The notes below the pieces were generated by a model. That model ran no database searches. It was given only the letters and a program-made list of their open reading frames with translations, and was not told the origin of the DNA. From the NCBI GenBank assembly GCA_018823795.1, contig JAHJGZ010000081.1, positions 44,325-108,324 on the forward strand: DNA of 64,000 nucleotides, written 5' to 3'. Positions 58,981 through 64,000 of this stretch are shown piece by piece (position 1 is the stretch's first letter; every line of letters starts with the position of its first letter). Origin of the DNA: Candidatus Omnitrophota bacterium. GTDB lineage: Bacteria; Omnitrophota; Omnitrophia; JAHJGZ01. Made by a program: the position numbers and the translations under genes.

Positions 58981-59871
58981 GTGTTGTTTAAGGCTCGACG
59001 ATATCGAATTGATTTTTCAAAAAAAAACAAAGTCCTCATTGTGGGGATTTTAAATATCACTCCGGATTCTTTCTCAGAAGGGAAGCGTTATTTTAAGAAA
59101 AACGCTGCGTACCGACGAGCGCTTGAGATTGAAGCTGAAGGGGCAGCTATTATTGATATCGGTGCTGAATCGACGCGTCCTGGTTCAGCAGGCATATCAG
59201 CATCTGAAGAACTAAAAAGAATTATTCCTGTTTTAGACAAAGTGGTGCGTAAAATCAAAATTCCGATTTCGATTGATACGACCAAATCAGATGTTGCATA
59301 TGAATGTCTCCGGAGAGGCGCCGCAATTATTAATGACATAAGCGGGCTTACGAAAGACCCTGCGATGGCATCAGTGGTTAAAAAGTTTAAGGCTGGCCTC
59401 GTCATCATGCATATGCGCGGAGAACCAGCAACAATGCAGAAGTATACGGCATATAAAGACTGTGTCAGAGAGGTGATCAAGGAATTGAGGGGCCGCATGC
59501 AGATTGCACGTTCTGCGGGAGTGGCATTTGATCACATTATTGTTGATCCCGGCATTGGGTTTTCGAAGACGGTAAAACAAAATTTAGAGATTATTAGGAA
59601 TATAAAAAAGTTTCATGTTTTGAAAAGGCCTCTTCTTATTGGGCCTTCACGGAAATCGTTTATTGGAAAAGTTTTGAATCGTACGGTGAACGAGCGTTTG
59701 GCAGGGACCTTAGCGTCGGTGGCAGGTGCTGTTGATGGTGGTGCCGAGATGATACGCGTACACGATGTACGGGAAACGAACGATTTTTTAACGATGAGAA
59801 AAACAATAAATGAAGCCAAAAGTTGCGGAACCTGCCTGCCGGTAGGTAGGCGAAGTGATCGTAACTTTTAG
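58981..59871 (+). CDS. folP: Dihydropteroate synthase
   Basis: GILNITPDSFS, IIDIGAESTRPG, DPGIGF, RVHDV. The last roughly 14 codons read through a CCTGCCTGCCGG module. Confidence 0.9.
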   Translation: MLFKARRYRIDFSKKNKVLIVGILNITPDSFSEGKRYFKKNAAYRRALEIEAEGAAIIDIGAESTRPGSAGISASEELKRIIPVLDKVVRKIKIPISIDTTKSDVAYECLRRGAAIINDISGLTKDPAMASVVKKFKAGLVIMHMRGEPATMQKYTAYKDCVREVIKELRGRMQIARSAGVAFDHIIVDPGIGFSKTVKQNLEIIRNIKKFHVLKRPLLIGPSRKSFIGKVLNRTVNERLAGTLASVAGAVDGGAEMIRVHDVRETNDFLTMRKTINEAKSCGTCLPVGRRSDRNF

Positions 59872-59991
59872 GGCTGAATTTATCCCCACACCAATTGTGT
59901 GAGGGATATTTACGCAGAATTTGAAATAATTGGTGTGGGGATTTAATTCGCACATATGGTTTATGTCGTAAAAGGCACGTGCAGCATGTGC
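59831..59991. repeat. Hairpin-module cluster (3-4 modules)
   Basis: Module order: CCTGCCTGCCGGTAGGTAGG, CGAAGTGA, GAATTTA, TCCCCACACCAATTG/CAATTGGTGTGGGGA (59883-59941), TTTAATTC, GCACAT..ATGTGC. Confidence 0.75.
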
Positions 59992-60146
59992 GAAACGAGC
60001 CCCGTTAGAGATGTGGTGGCGGCAAGATAAACGTAGTATAGGTTAATTTCAAAAGACATAAAATTATTACGATGATATAAAAATACGGAAACGTTTCGTA
60101 CAAGAATGCTGCGTTTCCTATCTCTAACGGGGTAAAGGAGTTTTAC

Positions 60147-60893
60147 ATGTCAGGACATTCACGATGGAGTAGCATAAAACATAAAAAAGGGGCAGCCGAT
60201 GCTAAACGGGGTAAGTTATTTACAAAACTTATCAAGGCTATTACCGTTGCGGCCCGTCAAAGTGGTGGAGATCCGAATGCAAATCCGGCGTTACGGACTG
60301 CTATCACCTCAGCAAAAAATGCAAATATGCCAAATGATAATATTGACCGGGCAATAAAGAAGGGAACCGGTGAGTTAGAAGGGATTACCTATGAAGAAGT
60401 GTTTTATGAAGGATATGGTCCTAAAGGCGTGGCCATTTACGTTCAATGTTTGACCGATAATAAAAATAGAACGACGGCTGAGGTGCGAAACCTTTTTTCT
60501 AAAAATAACGGGAATATGGCTGGTGTTGGCTGTGTAGCATGGCTTTTTGAATCAAAAGGGTTAATTGTCGTTACAGCGGATGAGATAAAGGAAGATAGAT
60601 TGATGGAAATCGCTATTGATGCAGGGGCAGAGGATTTTAGTAAAGATAAAGACGTTTTTGAAATCATTACTGCACCGCAGGATTTTGAAAATATTAGAAA
60701 GACAATAGCTGATAATGCTATTCCGATACAATCGTCAGATTTAACGTATATTCCAAAAAATGAAATACCGCTTACCGTGGATGAAGCGAAACGGGTTCTT
60801 AAATTAGTAGAAATACTTGAAGATCATGAAGATATACAAAATGTGTATGCGAATTTTGAGATTCCTGATGAAGTGATGAACGATATTGAATAG
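60147..60893 (+). CDS. yebC: YebC/PmpR-family transcriptional regulator
   Basis: MSGHSRWSSIKHKKGAADAKRGKLFTKL. Upstream of ruvCAB. Confidence 0.9.
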   Translation: MSGHSRWSSIKHKKGAADAKRGKLFTKLIKAITVAARQSGGDPNANPALRTAITSAKNANMPNDNIDRAIKKGTGELEGITYEEVFYEGYGPKGVAIYVQCLTDNKNRTTAEVRNLFSKNNGNMAGVGCVAWLFESKGLIVVTADEIKEDRLMEIAIDAGAEDFSKDKDVFEIITAPQDFENIRKTIADNAIPIQSSDLTYIPKNEIPLTVDEAKRVLKLVEILEDHEDIQNVYANFEIPDEVMNDIE

Positions 60894-60916
60894 TATAACA
60901 AGAGAGGGTATATACC

Positions 60917-61234
60917 ATGAATAAGGAAATGATTATTGCAAAAATACAACGATGGCAGGCAGAACTGTCTGAAATAGTAGCGACCCTGAATGGGGAGCAA
61001 AAAAGTGGTCCGATCCTTGATATTTTAAAAGAGCGGGCAGGCGATATTAATCACCTGATTGAGGCTATACAAGATAAAAGTTTTATTACACCCGGGGATG
61101 TTAAATTTGAACCGCAACCCGTTCTTGATGAGATTGAGGAGAAAGTGAAGAAAGTTAAAGCAGGGGTTAAAAAGATCAAGAAACTTTCAAAGGAAAAGAA
61201 AAGAATTATTAGGGATCTCGAGGAATATATATAA
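60917..61234 (+). CDS. Hypothetical coiled-coil protein
   Basis: ORF with a good RBS (GAGAGGG). No recognised family. Confidence 0.4.
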   Translation: MNKEMIIAKIQRWQAELSEIVATLNGEQKSGPILDILKERAGDINHLIEAIQDKSFITPGDVKFEPQPVLDEIEEKVKKVKAGVKKIKKLSKEKKRIIRDLEEYI

Positions 61235-61290
61235 ATGAAGCTGTGATTTATGTCGCTCTGTAAGCTCCATAAATCATGCGCTTATTAATC
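61231..61290. repeat. Single hairpin module spanning a stop codon to the ruvC RBS
   Basis: Module order: TAAATGA, AGCTGTGATTTATG/CATAAATCATGCGC, TTATTAATC. GTG 61302 lies 20 nt after the start of the last connector. Confidence 0.7.
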
Positions 61291-61301
61291 GGGAGGGAAC
61301 A

Positions 61302-61784
61302 GTGAGTGTTAAAGTAATGGGCATTGATCCGGGAACCTTTAAAATGGGGATTGGGCTCATTGAAAGAAAGAAGGATACGCTCGAAGCTCTTTTCTATAAG
61401 ACGGTTACTATTAATAGAAAGCTCTCCTTACATAAAAAGCTGCAAAGAATACAGAATGAAGCATTACACATATTTGAGACCTGGCAGCCTGATGTCGTAG
61501 CCTTAGAAGATGTTTTCTTTGGTGTGAGTTTTAAATCAGCAATACGCATCGGCGAAGCACGATGTTCAGTTATTCTCGCGGCAATGCAACAGAATATTGC
61601 GGTTTTTGAATATCCGCCAACACGAGTAAAAAATGCCGTATGCGGTTTTGGCAGAGCAGCTAAAATTCAAGTTCAGAGTATGGTGAAACAGATTTTACAT
61701 TTAAAGGAACTTCCCCCACCTGATGCAGCAGATGCACTGGCGTTGGCAATATGTCACATTAATAATATGTGTGTAACGCGTTAA
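61302..61784 (+). CDS. ruvC: Holliday junction resolvase RuvC
   Basis: VMGIDPG, VALEDVFF and AADALALAICH motifs. GTG start. Confidence 0.9.
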   Translation: MSVKVMGIDPGTFKMGIGLIERKKDTLEALFYKTVTINRKLSLHKKLQRIQNEALHIFETWQPDVVALEDVFFGVSFKSAIRIGEARCSVILAAMQQNIAVFEYPPTRVKNAVCGFGRAAKIQVQSMVKQILHLKELPPPDAADALALAICHINNMCVTR

Positions 61785-61793
61785 AGAGGTACC

Positions 61794-62399
61794 ATGTTTG
61801 CTTTTTTAGAAGGCACCCTTATTGAAAAACATCCGACCGTTGCAGTAGTAGCGGTCGATGGTATTGGCTATGAGCTTTTAATACCGCTTTCGACCTATTC
61901 AAAACTTCCTGAAGTTAATCAGACAGTAAAAGTGCTTACGCATTTACATGTACGAGAAGATGCGTGGCAGCTTTTTGGGTTTTGGACCGTAGAAGAAAAG
62001 GAATTGTTCAAACTGCTTATTACTATTTCCGGTATCGGCCCTAAATTAGGGCTCACCATTCTTTCAGGAATCGGGGTTACTAATTTTAAACAGGCGGTTA
62101 TTAATAAAGATAACACCACACTTACTGCAGTGTCTGGAATTGGCAAGAAAACAGCTGAACGAATTATTGTCGAACTCAAGGAAAAGATTAAACTTGATGA
62201 AGAGACCCTGGGGAGGCTGTCCCCCGCAACAGCATTTTCTACAGAAGATGCGCTAACGGAGGATTCGTTAACGGCACTTATTTCATTAGGCTATAAGCGA
62301 CATGAAGCACAGGCGGCAGTTAAAAAAGTAATAGCAAAAGAAGGCAGCGATAACCTTTCTGTTGAAAAACTGATACGAAAAGCATTAACCTTTATGTAA
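61794..62399 (+). CDS. ruvA: Holliday junction branch-migration protein RuvA
   Basis: [18 protein letters not shown], HhH motifs ISGIGPKLG and [12 protein letters not shown]. Confidence 0.9.
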   Translation: MFAFLEGTLIEKHPTVAVVAVDGIGYELLIPLSTYSKLPEVNQTVKVLTHLHVREDAWQLFGFWTVEEKELFKLLITISGIGPKLGLTILSGIGVTNFKQAVINKDNTTLTAVSGIGKKTAERIIVELKEKIKLDEETLGRLSPATAFSTEDALTEDSLTALISLGYKRHEAQAAVKKVIAKEGSDNLSVEKLIRKALTFM

Positions 62400-62412
62400 C
62401 GGTCTTTGTGTT

Positions 62413-63429
62413 ATGGAAAAAAGAATCATATCCCAAAGTTTAAAAGAAGAAGATGTAGCGTTTGATAGCTCCCTGAGGCCTTCGCGCTTCGATGAATTTA
62501 TCGGACAAAGAAGCGTGAAAGAAAAACTTCAAGTTTTTCTTTCTGCTGCTAAAAAGAGAGAAGAGGTTGTCGACCATATACTTTTCTTTGGCCCGCCGGG
62601 ATTAGGGAAGACGACCCTTGCTCATATTGTTGCACGGGAAATGAATACGAATATTAAAACAACATCAGGTCCGGTTCTTGAAAAACCAGGTGATTTAGCA
62701 GGTCTTCTCACCAATTTACAAGAGGGGGATGTTTTCTTTGTCGATGAAATTCACCGGCTTAATAAGACTGTTGAAGAATATTTGTATCCTGCGATGGAAG
62801 ATTATTTTCTTGATATCATGATTGATAAAGGTCCCAACGCGCGTTCTATCAAGATAAATCTGTGTCGTTATACACTGATAGGTGCTACCACGCGGAGCGG
62901 TCTTCTAACGTCTCCGTTTCGAGCTCGGTTTGGCATTGTACTGCGTATCGGATTTTATATGCCGGAAGAATTAGTTCAAATTGTTAAACGATCTGCCAAA
63001 ATTTTGAATATTACTATTGAACAAGAAGGGGCGGAGGAAATAGCACGCCGTTCTCGCGGGACCCCTCGTATTGCGAATAGATTACTCAGAAGAGTTCGTG
63101 ATTATGCACAGGTAAAAGCGAAAGGCGTTATCACCCTTGATGTCGCACATGCGGCATTAGCAATGCTTGATATCGATGAAACGGGGCTGGATGAAATGGA
63201 TCGACGCATTTTAAGTGTTATCGTTCATGAATTCAGTGGCGGGCCTGTCGGATTAAAAAATCTTTCTATTGCCGTTGGAGAGGAAGCAGAGACGATCGAA
63301 GAAATTTATGAGCCGTATCTTATTCAGAAAGGTTTGATTAAACGAACCTCAACCGGTCGTGTTGCCACAAAGCTTGGTTATGAGCATTTAGGCAAAGAAG
63401 TCCCGCCGTCACAAAAGACGTTATTGTAA
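62413..63429 (+). CDS. ruvB: Holliday junction DNA helicase RuvB
   Basis: [47 protein letters not shown]. Confidence 0.95.
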   Translation: MEKRIISQSLKEEDVAFDSSLRPSRFDEFIGQRSVKEKLQVFLSAAKKREEVVDHILFFGPPGLGKTTLAHIVAREMNTNIKTTSGPVLEKPGDLAGLLTNLQEGDVFFVDEIHRLNKTVEEYLYPAMEDYFLDIMIDKGPNARSIKINLCRYTLIGATTRSGLLTSPFRARFGIVLRIGFYMPEELVQIVKRSAKILNITIEQEGAEEIARRSRGTPRIANRLLRRVRDYAQVKAKGVITLDVAHAALAMLDIDETGLDEMDRRILSVIVHEFSGGPVGLKNLSIAVGEEAETIEEIYEPYLIQKGLIKRTSTGRVATKLGYEHLGKEVPPSQKTLL

Positions 63430-63439
63430 GGATTGTTTT

Positions 63440-63661
63440 ATGCAGGTATCATTAATTGCAAAGGCGATTATTATCAGCGGAGCAGTACTTCTTATCGTCG
63501 GTTTTTTCCTTAGCCTTGTTGATAAAATACCAGGTATTAGCAAGCTGCCAGGCGATATTTTTGTAATAAAGGGTAATTTTTCTTTTTATTTTCCGATAAT
63601 GACGTGTCTTGTATTAAGTGTTATTATATCTATTATAGTGAATATTTTTTTTAAACAATAA
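63440..63661 (+). CDS. DUF2905-family small membrane protein
   Basis: KLPGDIFVIKGNFSFYFPIMTCLVLSVIISI is the family hallmark. Confidence 0.7.
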   Translation: MQVSLIAKAIIISGAVLLIVGFFLSLVDKIPGISKLPGDIFVIKGNFSFYFPIMTCLVLSVIISIIVNIFFKQ

Positions 63662-63678
63662 TTATAAGAGGAATACTG

Positions 63679-64000
63679 ATGGGGAGTTATATTGGTTCTA
63701 TGCTTAGTTTATGGAAACCAATTTTAGAAATTGCCATTATTTGGTATGTGCTCTATCGTGTGTTGGTTTTTATTCAAGGGACACGAACGGTTCAAGTTGT
63801 TATTGGCCTTATTATGCTTATGCTTATTGCTGCCCTTTCTCGTTTTTTTCAACTCGCGTCAATTAATTGGATTTTAACAAAGTTATTTGCCATTGGTATT
63901 ATTGCGTTTTTTATTATTTTTCAACCTGAACTGCGCCGTGCCTTAGCACGCATTGGGCAAAATGCTGCATTTCGCACTTTTGTGAAAAAGGGAGGACTTT
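63679..64000 (+). CDS. cdaA: Diadenylate cyclase CdaA, N-terminal part (runs off the window)
   Basis: LEIAIIWYVLYRVLVFIQGTRTVQVVIGL...IIFQPELRRALARIG is the canonical CdaA TM region and linker. Confidence 0.8.
   Translation, partial: MGSYIGSMLSLWKPILEIAIIWYVLYRVLVFIQGTRTVQVVIGLIMLMLIAALSRFFQLASINWILTKLFAIGIIAFFIIFQPELRRALARIGQNAAFRTFVKKGGL

Noticed and set aside
1248-61290. CRISPR array interpretation of the repeat clusters.
   Set aside because: There is no single constant repeat at regular spacing separated by unique spacers. The units are themselves palindromic, belong to many families, and occur in both orientations. No cas genes are in the window.

Overview
64 kb from a diderm bacterium, moderately AT-rich by eye; the taxon cannot be assigned from this window. 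The envelope genes (bamA, skp, an lpxC-fabZ fusion, lpxA, lpxI) fit an uncultivated FCB/PVC-type lineage. Most of the window is ordinary plus-strand housekeeping. This includes trkHA, hisG, split transketolase, ispE, spoVG, tRNA-Gln, clpX, glmU, prs, rplY-pth, rpsF-ssb-rpsR-rplI-dnaB, the bamA-lpx block, pcm, ftsH-folP, and yebC-ruvCAB. Accessory content includes a two-partner secretion pair (a GLUG-repeat TpsA of about 1300 aa plus TpsB), an RND pump with a TolC-like protein, and a Pif1-like helicase. It also holds two ASST-like paralogs, a DUF1016N-SNase fusion, an AbrB-like gene with two zinc-ribbon paralogs, and two diadenylate cyclase genes. The most unusual signal is non-coding. At least 16 clusters (about 3.5 kb by hand estimate) are chains of 30-60 nt hairpin modules joined by short conserved A/T-rich connectors, resembling BIME/REP mosaics. 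Three observations suggest the modules are or were mobile and structurally constrained. One two-hairpin unit interrupts a small gene whose intact paralog lies 3 kb away. One module carries a degraded GIY-YIG nuclease ORF in its loop. Stems differ between copies by paired substitutions. Clusters often run exactly from a stop codon to the next ribosome-binding site and rewrite several gene 3-prime ends. dnaB carries an in-frame TAA at a conserved Glu codon. Hand-derived coordinates for non-ORF features may be off by 1-2 nt.
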